From an uncultured bacterium (GTDB lineage: Bacteria > Actinomycetota > Humimicrobiia > Humimicrobiales > Humimicrobiaceae), in the NCBI GenBank assembly GCA_965370465.1, contig CBDUUS010000001.1:1-25797 (forward strand): a DNA stretch of 25,797 nt. The letters run 5' to 3'. The position numbers and the translations under genes were made by a program. The notes under the pieces are model-generated. The model saw nothing but the letters and a program-made list of their open reading frames with translations. It had not been told where the DNA came from and ran no database searches. Below, piece by piece: positions 1 to 8,705 of the stretch (positions are counted from its first letter, which is position 1; each line of letters begins with the position of its first letter).

Positions 1-143
1 ATCCTGCAAAGGCGATAAACTTGTCTTATAGAAAAGGTGAGATCAAAGAAGGTTTGGATGCAGATATTACAGTATTTGATGATAATATAGATATAAAGCT
101 GACTATTGTAGAGGGAGAGATAAGATATAATAAGTATCTATAA
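1..143 (+). CDS. 3' end of amidohydrolase, most like N-acetylglucosamine-6-phosphate deacetylase (partial, runs off left edge)
   Basis: Frame from nt 3 reads PAKAINLSYRKGEIKEGLDADITVFDDNIDIKLTIVEGEIRYNKYL* (TAA 141-143). This matches the (N)PA...KG.I..G.DAD.V.D C-terminal motif of the amidohydrolase superfamily, with a NagA-like tail. Confidence 0.75.
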   Translation, partial: PAKAINLSYRKGEIKEGLDADITVFDDNIDIKLTIVEGEIRYNKYL

Positions 144-407
144 AAACCCCAGTAGCTCATCTATCCTATCTTTATCCCCGGTTGTAACTGTGCTTACCAT
201 TACAGCGGGGCCGGCTTTCCGGGCTTCCCTGTATGCTTTAAAGATATTATTGTAGAGCCTGTCTTCATCATCATCCCAGGTTATGGTAGAAAGCGGCGTT
301 ATCCTGTGGTTTATATTGTTTTCCTTTAAGATGCCCCAAAAAACATCCAGCGATTTTTTTATATCCTTCTGTTCCAGCGGATAAAGGCTTATCTGTATTG
401 CTATCAT
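138..407 (-). CDS. YkoF / thiamine-binding protein family small protein
   Basis: 89 aa; N-terminal QISLYPL, internal ST and C-terminal VMV.T pattern of YkoF/MTH1187-like proteins; GGAG RBS upstream; last gene of the TPP-riboswitch operon. Confidence 0.75.
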   Translation of the reverse strand: MIAIQISLYPLEQKDIKKSLDVFWGILKENNINHRITPLSTITWDDDEDRLYNNIFKAYREARKAGPAVMVSTVTTGDKDRIDELLGFL

Positions 408-425
408 TTTTCATCTCCATTTCTA

Positions 426-1175
426 TTAAAGTAGTTTTATTATCTCTTCCTTCAATCTATTAAACTCAACTGATGTGATTATTTTATTATCCCTGGGCCT
501 TTTTATGTCTATATCAAATATCTTCCTTACTGATGCGGGCCTCTTTGATAATAGATATATGCGGTCAGAAAGAAATATGGCCTCATCAATACTATGGGTG
601 ATAAAAAGCACAGAAGCATCCAGCTTCTCAAATAATCTTAGAAGCCAGGCCTGCATATTCCTCCTTGTTATGGCATCAAGACTACCAAATGGTTCATCAA
701 GGAGCATTATATCATCAGCAAATAGATAGGTCCGGAGGAGTGCCGCTCTCTGGCGCATCCCCCCTGACAGCTGGAAAGGATAATTTTTTTCAAATCCCTC
801 AAGACCGAACTCAGAGAAATATTTTTCTGCCTTTTCGTAGGAGTTTTTACGGTTTTCACCTTTTATAAAAAGCGGAAGGCAGACATTATCCATAATATTT
901 TTCCAGGGAAGGAGAAGGTCTTTCTGATGCATATAGCTGACTCTTCCGGTCCTTCCATTATAATCCTGGCCATCTATTATGATCCTGCCGCTGTCAGGCG
1001 GCTCAAGACCTGAAATAATATTAAAAAGCGTACTCTTGCCGCAGCCGCTCGGTCCAAGCACCGATACAAACTGATTTCTCTCAAGTTCCAATGATATATC
1101 CTCAAGAGTATTCAGATCCGGATAGCTCTTTTTTAAATTTATTACTTCTAAGATAGTTTCTTTTGCCATATTCAC
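426..1175 (-). CDS. ABC transporter ATP-binding protein (ThiZ/TauB/SsuB-like)
   Basis: Walker A GPSGCGKS, signature LSGGMRQR, Walker B LLDEPF, H-loop ITH. The GTG start overlaps the stop of the binding-protein gene (GTGA); alternative ATG at 1169. Confidence 0.95.
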   Translation of the reverse strand: MNMAKETILEVINLKKSYPDLNTLEDISLELERNQFVSVLGPSGCGKSTLFNIISGLEPPDSGRIIIDGQDYNGRTGRVSYMHQKDLLLPWKNIMDNVCLPLFIKGENRKNSYEKAEKYFSEFGLEGFEKNYPFQLSGGMRQRAALLRTYLFADDIMLLDEPFGSLDAITRRNMQAWLLRLFEKLDASVLFITHSIDEAIFLSDRIYLLSKRPASVRKIFDIDIKRPRDNKIITSVEFNRLKEEIIKLL

Positions 1176-2179
1176 CTATTGGGCAGAAATTCATTTGTAT
1201 ATGCATTCTCCGTTTCGAGTATCCTGTCTAACAGGCCATTATCATACATCCAGCCGCTAAAATTCTCCCAGATATCTTTTTTCATGACTCCCCAGCCTTC
1301 GCTATAGCTTATATAATTTTTTGACAGGTAATTCTGGCTTGCTGTCACCATATCCCGGTCAAGTTCGCTATTATCGGATAGAAAAATATCTGCAGCTTCT
1401 TGCGGGTCCTCTATGGCGAAGCTGTATCCCTTTTCCGTAGCAGCAAGAAAGCTTCTTACAAGGTCCGGATCGTTTTCTATTGTGTCTTCACCTGCTATTA
1501 TGAGAGGTGTATAGAAATCAAGAACGGGATCTGCGTCCTGAAGCAGCATGAAGTCTATTGGAAATCCTATAAGTTCCGCCTTTATGCCGTCCCATCCATA
1601 GTAGATCCATGCAAAATCGACATCCCTCTCAACACTTGTAAAGAAATCAGAGGCACCTATATTTACTATCTCGAGTTCTGAATAGTCCGCATCATATTTT
1701 TCCATGAGTCCTTTTAGCATAGCTTCTTCCATAGGGGAACCCCAGCCTCCGTATTTTTTGCCTTCAAAATCAGCAGGGGTCTTGATATTCCTATCTACCG
1801 GAGAAGCAAAACCTGAAGTATTATGCTGTATTATTGCAGCTATTGCTACCACAGGCAGCGGATCATCAGCGGTCCTTGCATAGGTAACCTGCTCCTGATA
1901 GCTGATCCCGAACTCGCCCTTACCAGCGGCTATTAGATCAGCACTTCCTCCTTCTGAAGGCTGGATTATCTCGACTTCAAGACCTTCATCAAAGTAATAG
2001 CCATTTTCCCTGGCAATATATATTCCTGTATGATTGGTATTGGGAACCCAGTCAAGTATTACTGTTATTTTTCTTAGATCTTTATCACCGGCCTTACATG
2101 CAGACAGGCCGATAAAAAGCATTGATGCTATCAGCAAAACTGAAATGACAGATATGATTCTTTTTCTTCTCAAGATCAT
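1172..2179 (-). CDS. NMT1/THI5-like (ThiY-type) ABC substrate-binding lipoprotein for thiamine or a pyrimidine precursor
   Basis: LDWVPNTNHTG motif; basic N-terminus, hydrophobic stretch and lipobox LSA-C. Start moved from the track's 2194 to ATG 2179 because AAAGGGG lies just upstream of it. Confidence 0.9.
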   Translation of the reverse strand: MILRRKRIISVISVLLIASMLFIGLSACKAGDKDLRKITVILDWVPNTNHTGIYIARENGYYFDEGLEVEIIQPSEGGSADLIAAGKGEFGISYQEQVTYARTADDPLPVVAIAAIIQHNTSGFASPVDRNIKTPADFEGKKYGGWGSPMEEAMLKGLMEKYDADYSELEIVNIGASDFFTSVERDVDFAWIYYGWDGIKAELIGFPIDFMLLQDADPVLDFYTPLIIAGEDTIENDPDLVRSFLAATEKGYSFAIEDPQEAADIFLSDNSELDRDMVTASQNYLSKNYISYSEGWGVMKKDIWENFSGWMYDNGLLDRILETENAYTNEFLPNR

Positions 2180-2199
2180 AAAAACCCCTTTCATATTAT

Positions 2200-2991
2200 T
2201 TATTGATTTTCAATAGATTCTTCTCCTCGCATTCTCAACCAGGGCATACTTTTTTTCTCGGCAAACTCTATCAGCTTTAGAAGTATTATGCTCAGCACTG
2301 TTATCACTATTATGGCTGCAAAGACCCTGTCTGTGGCAAAGGATTGTTTTGCCCTTATCATATATACCCCGAGACCGTTCTTACCGCCCACCCATTCTCC
2401 GATAGTGGCCCCCATTATGCTATAAGTCGCTGCTATTTTTAAACCTGAGAAAAATCCGGCCAATGAAGAGGGTATCTTCACATATCTGTAGATCTGCAAT
2501 CTGCTTGAGCCCATGGACCTGAGAAGATCCATAAGGTCCCTGTCTACGCTGGAGAGCGATTGGAGAAGGCTGATGGTTATAGGGAAGAAGCATATAAGAG
2601 TGACTATTACCAGTTTTGGGGTATAACCATAACCGAACCATATTATAAAAAGCGGGGCCACTATTATTATGGGTATTGTCTGGGAAATAATAAGTACAGG
2701 ATAAATTGTTTTTTTAAAGCCAGCAATAGAGTCCATCAGTATTGCTATTATAAAGGATAGTATTATTGCAATAATAAAGCCTGCAAGCGCCTCATAAAGC
2801 GTTATAAGTATATCGTATTGCATGGATCTAAAATTTGTGACGAGGCTCACTATTATGCTACTCGGAGAGGGTAGTATGAATGGCGGAAATGCTCCGGACC
2901 TTGAAAGGCTTTCCCATATGAGAAGCACTGCAATGAAGAAGATAATGGGATAATATCTTTTATTAATACTTTTTAATATCTTTTTTCTCAT
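2200..2991 (-). CDS. ABC transporter permease (ThiX/TauC/SsuC-like)
   Basis: Multiple hydrophobic helices, LPSPS, SQTIP, EAA-like loop, IGEWVG...GLG and C-terminal F.TDRVFA motifs of the SsuC/TauC class. Confidence 0.95.
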   Translation of the reverse strand: MRKKILKSINKRYYPIIFFIAVLLIWESLSRSGAFPPFILPSPSSIIVSLVTNFRSMQYDILITLYEALAGFIIAIILSFIIAILMDSIAGFKKTIYPVLIISQTIPIIIVAPLFIIWFGYGYTPKLVIVTLICFFPITISLLQSLSSVDRDLMDLLRSMGSSRLQIYRYVKIPSSLAGFFSGLKIAATYSIMGATIGEWVGGKNGLGVYMIRAKQSFATDRVFAAIIVITVLSIILLKLIEFAEKKSMPWLRMRGEESIENQ

Positions 2992-3003
2992 TTGCAGTCT
3001 CTC

Positions 3004-3684
3004 CTATAGCTGCCTTATTATAAGCAGCCGGCCTTCCTTTATGTCTATCTCTGCCTTTGCGGCTGTAAACATATTGCTCAGGCCCCTTACAGGGCTGAAG
3101 TCAAGCCTTTCATTTTTGAGCCCGTATTTCAGTCCTTTTGTCTTTATAAAATGCGTATACGGCATTAGTGAAAAGATAGAAATCAGCTTTCCCGGCTCAC
3201 CGTCAATTGTACAGGATTTACCGGCTACAAATATTTCACTGTCACCGGTTAATATTCTTATGTCTATCCCGTCCAATCCCGGCGAGGTTAGAAGCATTAT
3301 ATTTGCAAATGTATGGTCCACCCTGCCTCCGATTGCACCTGTGATGATAATATTTTTTATACCCATCCCCGCTGCATGATCCACAGCAAGCCGGGCATCA
3401 CTTTCATCCTTATCGTGTGAAACAGAAATATACTTTGTCTTTGATAGTTCCTTTATCTTTTTTTTCTTTATATCCCTGTCAATACTGTCCATATCTCCGA
3501 TTATAATATCAGGTTTAAGGCCGAGTTTTAGAGTATTGGATACTCCGCCATCAGCGCTGATTATTATGGTATCACTATTAGTAAAGGATCTTGATGCAAG
3601 CATCCCATAGATTTTTTCAGGATACTCTAATGGTCCATTAGCTATGATGACAGCCTTTTTTATTTTTTTCTTACTATGATTCAT
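3004..3684 (-). CDS. thiN: thiamine pyrophosphokinase
   Basis: ANG, ADGG, GDMDS, KDESD and GGRVDH motifs, plus C-terminal GLKYGL and GLSN typical of bacterial TPK. Confidence 0.93.
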   Translation of the reverse strand: MNHSKKKIKKAVIIANGPLEYPEKIYGMLASRSFTNSDTIIISADGGVSNTLKLGLKPDIIIGDMDSIDRDIKKKKIKELSKTKYISVSHDKDESDARLAVDHAAGMGIKNIIITGAIGGRVDHTFANIMLLTSPGLDGIDIRILTGDSEIFVAGKSCTIDGEPGKLISIFSLMPYTHFIKTKGLKYGLKNERLDFSPVRGLSNMFTAAKAEIDIKEGRLLIIRQL

Positions 3685-3740
3685 ATTTATACTTTCTTGT
3701 TCTGTATTTTCTTTCTCAGGGTCCTGGACCGGCTCAGTTT

Positions 3741-3779
3741 AAAATAAAAAGACTACTAACCTGTTATAGATCAGTAGTC
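3741..3779 (-). terminator. intrinsic terminator, expression platform of the TPP riboswitch
   Basis: Minus strand reads GACTACTGA-loop-TTAGTAGTC (9 bp, one G-U pair) followed by TTTTTATTTT, between the aptamer and the thiN start. Confidence 0.85.
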
Positions 3780-3794
3780 AAAATTATTGTCATT

Positions 3795-3890
3795 CTACTT
3801 TTCCTCCGCTAGAATTATCTAGATCAGGTTTAGAGGGTCGACAGGGTATACCCTGTCCTCTCAGCCTTGCCGGCTCCCCTAAGAAATAGT
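3795..3890 (-). ncRNA. TPP (THI-box) riboswitch aptamer
   Basis: Minus strand: AGGGGAGCC-GGCAA-GGCTGAGA-G-GACAGGG-TATA-CCCTGTC-GACCCTCTAAACCTGATCTAGATAATTCTAGCGGAGGAAAAGTAG. It contains the conserved GCUGAGA, GACCC, AACCUGAU, UAAU and AGCGNAGG elements and lies upstream of thiamine genes. Confidence 0.97.
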
Positions 3891-4069
3891 TTTATTTAAT
3901 TTTCAAAGAATCTTTTTATAATATAGAAACAAATTGCTATACTATAGAACTACTGGATAGTATCATAAAAGAGGTCCGGCAGCAATAGGTTTTCAGGTAC
4001 TTTCTCAGATGAGGCAATAGATAGGCAACTATGATACATTGATATTGGTGTTCAGAGGGTTTTATATAA

Positions 4070-5128
4070 ATGAAATTTACAAATAGAAAAAAACAGATAC
4101 TTCAGGAAGTAATAATAAGGTTCATAAAGGAAGCTGAGCCGGTCCCGTCTGCAAGGATAGCTTCTGATCTGGATCTGGATATAAGTCCTGCTACCATCAG
4201 GAAAGAGATGAATGACCTGGAGGAAATGGGCTATCTTACACATCCGCATACTTCTGCCGGCAGGATACCGACAGATATGGGATACCGGTTTTATGTCGAT
4301 AATATAGCGGACAGGGAAATAAACCCGCTGGCCCGGAAGGAAGAGGATCTGCCTGACATAAGGGCAGAGATATCGAAAAGCATGGGAATAGAAAATGTTC
4401 TCAAACAATCTGCCGAGATGCTGGCAAAGATAACAAATTATATTTCCATGGTAGTGGCTCCGAATATATATCAGAGCAAGTTTAAGCATCTTGAACTGCT
4501 TAAATTTGAAGGGGAAGATTATCTCATGGTCCTCATAACAGATACCGGCAGGGTCTATAAGATAAATTTCAGGCTTGATGGGCGCTTTAATGACCTTGAT
4601 CTCCAGAGTGCGGCCAGGATCCTTAATTCGAAATTAAGAGATAAAAGCATTATGGATATAAAAGCTGTTGATATAAAGGAAAACAGTTCAGATGCTCATC
4701 TTGTGCTTCTTGTGAAAAGGGTACTGGATCTTATCAAAGGCTGCATGGAGGAAAACGTCCTTTATAACAGGATCTTCGTCCATGGTACCGCGGTCCTTAT
4801 GCAGCAGCCGGAGTTTGTAGATATTAAGAATATTCACCAGATCCTGAACTTAATAGAGAATGAATATCTTCTCATGAAGGTATTGATGGATTTTTCTGAT
4901 GATAAATGGTTTATGGTCAAGATAGGGGCAGAACTTTTCAGTGAAGATTCAAATAATCTGAGTCTTGTAGCTTCTAAATACCGGATAAAGGGGAATGCTT
5001 CCGGTACGATTGGAATACTGGGTCCGAAAAGAATGGACTACTCACGCGTAATAAACATCCTTGATCTTTTCAGAAAAAACCTCTCCGATGTATTTGACTC
5101 AGGATCCAGTATAGAAGGTCAGGTTTAA
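4070..5128 (+). CDS. hrcA: heat-inducible transcription repressor HrcA
   Basis: wHTH N-terminus with SPATIRKEMNDLEEMGYL.HPHTSAGRIPTD.GYRFYVD; C-terminal GTIGILGPKRMDY. Confidence 0.98.
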   Translation: MKFTNRKKQILQEVIIRFIKEAEPVPSARIASDLDLDISPATIRKEMNDLEEMGYLTHPHTSAGRIPTDMGYRFYVDNIADREINPLARKEEDLPDIRAEISKSMGIENVLKQSAEMLAKITNYISMVVAPNIYQSKFKHLELLKFEGEDYLMVLITDTGRVYKINFRLDGRFNDLDLQSAARILNSKLRDKSIMDIKAVDIKENSSDAHLVLLVKRVLDLIKGCMEENVLYNRIFVHGTAVLMQQPEFVDIKNIHQILNLIENEYLLMKVLMDFSDDKWFMVKIGAELFSEDSNNLSLVASKYRIKGNASGTIGILGPKRMDYSRVINILDLFRKNLSDVFDSGSSIEGQV

Positions 5129-5252
5129 AAGTGTGATACTTGAGAGCAGAAAATGCAAAGCAGCTGGAAAAAAATGATAAAATGAGTTATTATTTTTGCG
5201 CTATAAAACCATAAATATGATTTAGTGAATATAAATTTTAAGGGGACTTTAA

Positions 5253-6344
5253 TTGGTTGAGACAAAAAGAGATTATTATGAAGTGCTGGGTATTTCCCGG
5301 ACATGTACAGTAATTGAAATAAAAAAAGCTTATAGAAAGCTTGCAAGACAGTATCATCCCGATGTGAATAATGGCGACCTGGAAGCTGAGAATAAGTTCA
5401 AGGAAATGTCGGAGGCATATGCCGTACTTTCCAATGAAGAAAAGAGAAGTCAGTATGACAGGTTTGGATTCTCCAGGAACCTCTTCGAGGAAGCAGATTT
5501 CGGGGATGTCTTTTCGGAATTTGGCTTCGGGGACATATTTAATACATTTTTTGGATCCGGTTTTGGCGGAGGATTTGGCAGAGGCGGAAGAAGAGCCAGA
5601 AGCAGGGGTTCTGATATAGGAATAGAGACAGAAATAAGCTTTAAGGAATCAGCTTTTGGAATAAAAAAAGAAATAGAATATGAAGTAGAGGGTATATGTG
5701 AAGAATGCGGGGGAACCGGAGCCGGCCAGAGCGGCGGCGTAGAGACATGTTCCCAGTGCGGCGGGATGGGAAAGGTAAGAGTCACCAGGCAGCCTCTTAT
5801 TGGAAATGTAATAACGACTGCGGACTGCGATAAGTGCAATGGAACGGGAAAAATAATAAAGGATCCATGCAATAAATGCAGAGGGCAGGGCCATCACAGC
5901 ATAAGAAAGAAAATAAAAGTCGATATTCCTGCAGGCATACATCACGGCGACAGGCTGAAGGTATCAGGAAAGGGAAACTCGTCTGGAAGGGATTCGATAA
6001 ATGGGGATCTCTTCATCACAGTCAGGGTAGCTGTACATCCTGGATTTGAAAGGGATGAAGATAATGTGCTCTCAGAGATAAAAATATCATTTGCCCAGGC
6101 TGCACTTGGCTTAAGATTGGAAGCCGATACCCTGGATGGACCTGAGAAGATAAAGATAAAGCCGGGGACCCAGCCGGAGACAAAGATCATATTAAGATCC
6201 AGAGGCTTTGTCCAGCTTAATGGCTACAGAAGAGGAGATCATATCATAAATATCAGGGTAGAGATCCCCACAAGGCTGAGCAGGCAGGAGAAAGAGATGC
6301 TTGCCGGCTATGCCAGAGCGAGAAAAGAACCTGTGGGCCGATAA
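5253..6344 (+). CDS. dnaJ: chaperone DnaJ
   Basis: J-domain with HPD, G/F-rich region, four CxxCxGxG zinc-finger repeats; TTG start with AGGGGA RBS. Confidence 0.98.
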   Translation: MVETKRDYYEVLGISRTCTVIEIKKAYRKLARQYHPDVNNGDLEAENKFKEMSEAYAVLSNEEKRSQYDRFGFSRNLFEEADFGDVFSEFGFGDIFNTFFGSGFGGGFGRGGRRARSRGSDIGIETEISFKESAFGIKKEIEYEVEGICEECGGTGAGQSGGVETCSQCGGMGKVRVTRQPLIGNVITTADCDKCNGTGKIIKDPCNKCRGQGHHSIRKKIKVDIPAGIHHGDRLKVSGKGNSSGRDSINGDLFITVRVAVHPGFERDEDNVLSEIKISFAQAALGLRLEADTLDGPEKIKIKPGTQPETKIILRSRGFVQLNGYRRGDHIINIRVEIPTRLSRQEKEMLAGYARARKEPVGR

Positions 6345-6404
6345 AGAATAATCCATCAGATAATATATAGCTTTTTCCAAAATATAATAAAGGCATTATA
6401 AAAA

Positions 6405-7145
6405 ATGAGTTATCCATATCTGTTCATCGATCCGGGTCAGGCTGTTGATAATACAATCAAAATCACAGATAGAGAAGATCTGAAGCATCTTTACGGGCCA
6501 TTAAGAGGTAAACCGGGGGATGCTGTGTATTTCTCTGATAATGAAAGCCAGAAATACAGGACAACCATAAGGGAAATAAGCAAAAAAGAAGCTGTCTTTG
6601 AGATAAAAGAGAGGCTGGCCATTGAAAAAAGCATGCCCCGGATAGTACTGCTGCAGTGCATATTGAAAAAAAATGCAATGGAGCTTGCTATACAGAAAAC
6701 AACGGAAATAGGAATATCCCGCATTATACCTGTAATAAGTGAAAGAACTGTATCTGATATAACCGGCAATAGTTACAAACTGGAAAGATGGCAGAAGATA
6801 TCTGATGAAGCTTCAAAACAATGTAAAAGGGATTTTAAGTGTATTATAGATGTTCCAATAAAAATAGATAATATCTCTACAGATCATTATGACTATTTCT
6901 TTTTCCTTCATGAGAGGGCCGGGAGCGGCAGGACCAATACGGAAGACATTTTCAGGACGATGTCCGGAGTGAAGAACATCGCATACCTTATAGGTCCGGA
7001 AGGAGGGCTTACAGCAGATGAAGCTATGATCCTAAAGAATAAAAAAGCGGCAGCAGCAAATCTTGGAAAGAATATATTAAGAGCAGAGACTGCTGCGGTC
7101 TATTTTTTGTCAGTGATGGATTTCTATATAAAATCAAACCGGTAA
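6405..7145 (+). CDS. rsmE: 16S rRNA m3U1498 methyltransferase
   Basis: IQKTTEIG, IGPEGG and ILRAETAA SPOUT motifs; conserved position after dnaJ. Confidence 0.95.
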   Translation: MSYPYLFIDPGQAVDNTIKITDREDLKHLYGPLRGKPGDAVYFSDNESQKYRTTIREISKKEAVFEIKERLAIEKSMPRIVLLQCILKKNAMELAIQKTTEIGISRIIPVISERTVSDITGNSYKLERWQKISDEASKQCKRDFKCIIDVPIKIDNISTDHYDYFFFLHERAGSGRTNTEDIFRTMSGVKNIAYLIGPEGGLTADEAMILKNKKAAAANLGKNILRAETAAVYFLSVMDFYIKSNR

Positions 7146-7214
7146 AAATCCTTAAAGATTTATCCCGTATTTTTATAAAAGCTTTTTTACTGTAATTTTA
7201 AAAGGTATAGATTT

Positions 7215-8522
7215 ATGAGATTTTCTATAAACACACTGGGATGTAAAGTAAACCTCTGTGAATCAGATGAGATATCCAATGAACTTATAATGCTTGGATT
7301 TCAAAGAGTAGACTACAGGAATGGAGATCCGCATATCTGCATAATCAATACCTGTACCGTGACCGCTGAAAGCGACCGCAAGGTGAGGCAGCTTGCAAGG
7401 AGGATGAGAAACACAAATAAAGAGGCAAAGATCATTGTAACGGGGTGCTTTGTAAAACATAACCGCAAGTTTTTAGAAGATAATAAAGTGGACCTGATAC
7501 TGGATAATGATAAAAAGAAAGATATTCAGGATCTGATAGAAAGCATAATAAAGGAGACCGGGAAAGAGTCTATTATAAATAAATATAGAGAAACGGATAG
7601 TGAGACTTCATGTATTAGATATGCGCAGGAGCATTCAAGGCCCATTGTAAAGATACAGGATGGATGCGAGCAAAACTGTACCTATTGCATCATTCCGGAA
7701 GTAAGGGGCGAATATAGAAGTACTGGAAGTGTAGAAATAATCAAGAAGATAAATGAACTTGAAATAAATGGTTTTGAAGAAGTTGTTTTGACCGGGATCC
7801 ATATCGGAAAATATGGAGTGGATCTGGAAAATAATTATGGGCTTGACCGGCTGATCGGGGATATAATATCAAATACGGGAATAAAAAGATTAAGGATAAG
7901 CTCGATTGAAATAAATGAAATAAATGACAGGCTTCTTTCTGTTATATCAAAAAACAGGGAAAGAATAGCTCCCCACTTCCATATACCGCTTCAGAGCGGC
8001 AGTGATGCAGTGCTCAGAAAGATGGCAAGACCATATACTGCCGCGTGTTTTACAAAAAAGATATCCGGGATAAGGAAAGTATTGCCGGATATTGCACTGA
8101 CTACTGATGTAATGGTAGGTTTCCCGGGGGAATCAGATGAGGATTTTAATGATACACTTGAAATGGTAGAAAAAACCGGGTTCAGCAAACTTCACGTCTT
8201 TAAATATTCTCCGAGACCCGGGACCATGGCTCTTAAACTAAAAGACAGGATTGATGGAGCCGTAAAGTCTAAAAGAAGCAGCGTGCTGAGAAAATGCGGA
8301 GAAAGGTCCAGAGATTTATTTATTAATGAAAACATAGGAAAGAAATGTATTGTTGCGGTTGAAAAGTTTGATCCTGAAAGCAATATAATGTCAGGGACAT
8401 CCGGAAACTATATAAGAATATATTTCAGGGCCGGTCTTGATTTTGAGAAAATACGCGGAAGACTTATCGAACTGATAGCAATGAAGAAGTACAGGGATGG
8501 ATTATTTGCCTCCCGGATTTAA
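7215..8522 (+). CDS. mtaB: tRNA t6A37 methylthiotransferase (radical SAM)
   Basis: LGCKVN, NTCTVT, TGC N-terminal Cys set; KIQDGCEQNCTYC radical-SAM motif; VLTGIHIG; conserved position after rsmE. Confidence 0.95.
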   Translation: MRFSINTLGCKVNLCESDEISNELIMLGFQRVDYRNGDPHICIINTCTVTAESDRKVRQLARRMRNTNKEAKIIVTGCFVKHNRKFLEDNKVDLILDNDKKKDIQDLIESIIKETGKESIINKYRETDSETSCIRYAQEHSRPIVKIQDGCEQNCTYCIIPEVRGEYRSTGSVEIIKKINELEINGFEEVVLTGIHIGKYGVDLENNYGLDRLIGDIISNTGIKRLRISSIEINEINDRLLSVISKNRERIAPHFHIPLQSGSDAVLRKMARPYTAACFTKKISGIRKVLPDIALTTDVMVGFPGESDEDFNDTLEMVEKTGFSKLHVFKYSPRPGTMALKLKDRIDGAVKSKRSSVLRKCGERSRDLFINENIGKKCIVAVEKFDPESNIMSGTSGNYIRIYFRAGLDFEKIRGRLIELIAMKKYRDGLFASRI

Positions 8523-8592
8523 TTAATTTAATAAAATGCATTATAATCAGATAGATATCAATTAAATATATAGCAGGCAAAGCTAAATAAAA

Positions 8593-8620
8593 TTGTATAA
8601 TTTATAAAAAATAGTATAAT
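8593..8620 (+). promoter_or_regulatory. possible sigma70 promoter upstream of the HIT gene
   Basis: TTGTAT (8593-8598), 16 nt spacer, TATAAT (8615-8620). The region is very AT-rich, so a chance match is possible. Confidence 0.35.
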
Positions 8621-8705
8621 GACCGATTCAGGACAAAAATCTAAAGAATTTTAAATATATCTTTATATATTGTCCGGATCTATATGGAAGCAAGAGGTAT
8701 AAAGA

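Noticed and set aside
1172-2179. THI5-type HMP-phosphate synthase interpretation of the NMT1/THI5 protein
   Set aside because: It has a lipoprotein signal and is flanked by permease and ATPase genes, so it is a transporter binding protein.
3840-3857. Perfect 18-bp palindrome as a transcription-factor operator or repeat element
   Set aside because: Fully explained as the P3a hairpin of the TPP aptamer.
3961-4069. Remnant of hemW (usually upstream of hrcA) or a defined hrcA promoter
   Set aside because: No hemW-like peptide in the frames I read, and candidate -35/-10 pairs have poor spacing or sequence.
5132-5160. Possible degenerate CIRCE between hrcA and dnaJ (GTGATACTT-N9-AAATGCAAA)
   Set aside because: Only about 4/9 and 6/9 matches to the consensus, and the arms are not complementary to each other.
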